The notes under the pieces are model-generated. The model ran no database searches. It was not told the origin of the DNA and was given only the letters and a program-made list of their open reading frames with translations. A DNA stretch of 63,961 nucleotides, filler included, from Octopus bimaculoides (Eukaryota): the NCBI RefSeq assembly GCF_001194135.2. It is 7 parts of 5 records of this genome, joined end to end, with 100 filler letters (N's around TTAATTAATTAA, not from the genome) between each part and the next. Parts side by side here need not be neighbours in the genome. Positions count along the whole stretch, not along the records: positions 62,925 to 63,961 come from NC_068981.1; 6 more parts are not named here. One strand, written 5' to 3'. The position numbers and the translations under genes are program-made. Below, piece after piece: positions 63,728 to 63,961 of this stretch; the stretch's first letter is position 1; every line of letters starts with the position of its first letter.

Positions 63728-63961
63728 TCAGATCATCCCATAAGTTCTGTCCGGTTTTATCTTTTTTAAAATTGAATGAAATTTAATAGTATTTTACAAT
63801 GTCTAATGGAATTAAAAATTATTTTTATGCATTTGTGTACATTTAAACTAATTAAATATTATTTTACAGAATAATAGAATTAAAATTTCTTTGATTAAAC
63901 CCTTTTCTAACATGGAAGTATCCAAAGAGCATTTGAGGCACATAATGCTTTATGAGTACAA
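63728..63961 (+). mobile_element. Mariner transposon 5' end, running off the window
   Basis: TA then TIR-like tcagatcatcccataagttctgtccg; ATG at 63912 gives MEVSKEHLRHIMLYEY, homologous to the start of the 7567 copy. Confidence 0.8.

Overview
This is AT-rich, microsatellite-dense eukaryotic genomic DNA from a gapped draft assembly. The SINE families and repeat landscape suggest an octopus/cephalopod genome; that assignment is an inference. There is no prokaryotic operon, rRNA, genuine tRNA gene or CRISPR array, and most long ORFs in the track are artefacts of N-gaps and microsatellites. (1) Host gene: three minus-strand, phase-1/phase-1 exons (25269-25436, 21113-21343, 19070-19228) splice into one open frame encoding one complete divergent C-type-lectin-like domain plus the first half of a second. 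(2) Decayed mobile elements: several tRNA-derived SINE families, three mariner remnants, a full-length DD37D/maT transposon with TIRs, a Penelope-like RT + GIY-YIG element, R4/Dong-type RLE LINEs, Tx1-, RTE- and CR1-like LINE pieces, a Helitron helicase fragment and a MITE. (3) Hammerhead-ribozyme motifs: the best one lies in a ~280-bp tRNA-headed element directly behind the Penelope copy (52963-53243), a candidate SINE-ribozyme hybrid. Six 44N-TTAATTAATTAA-44N spacers are assembly linkers.
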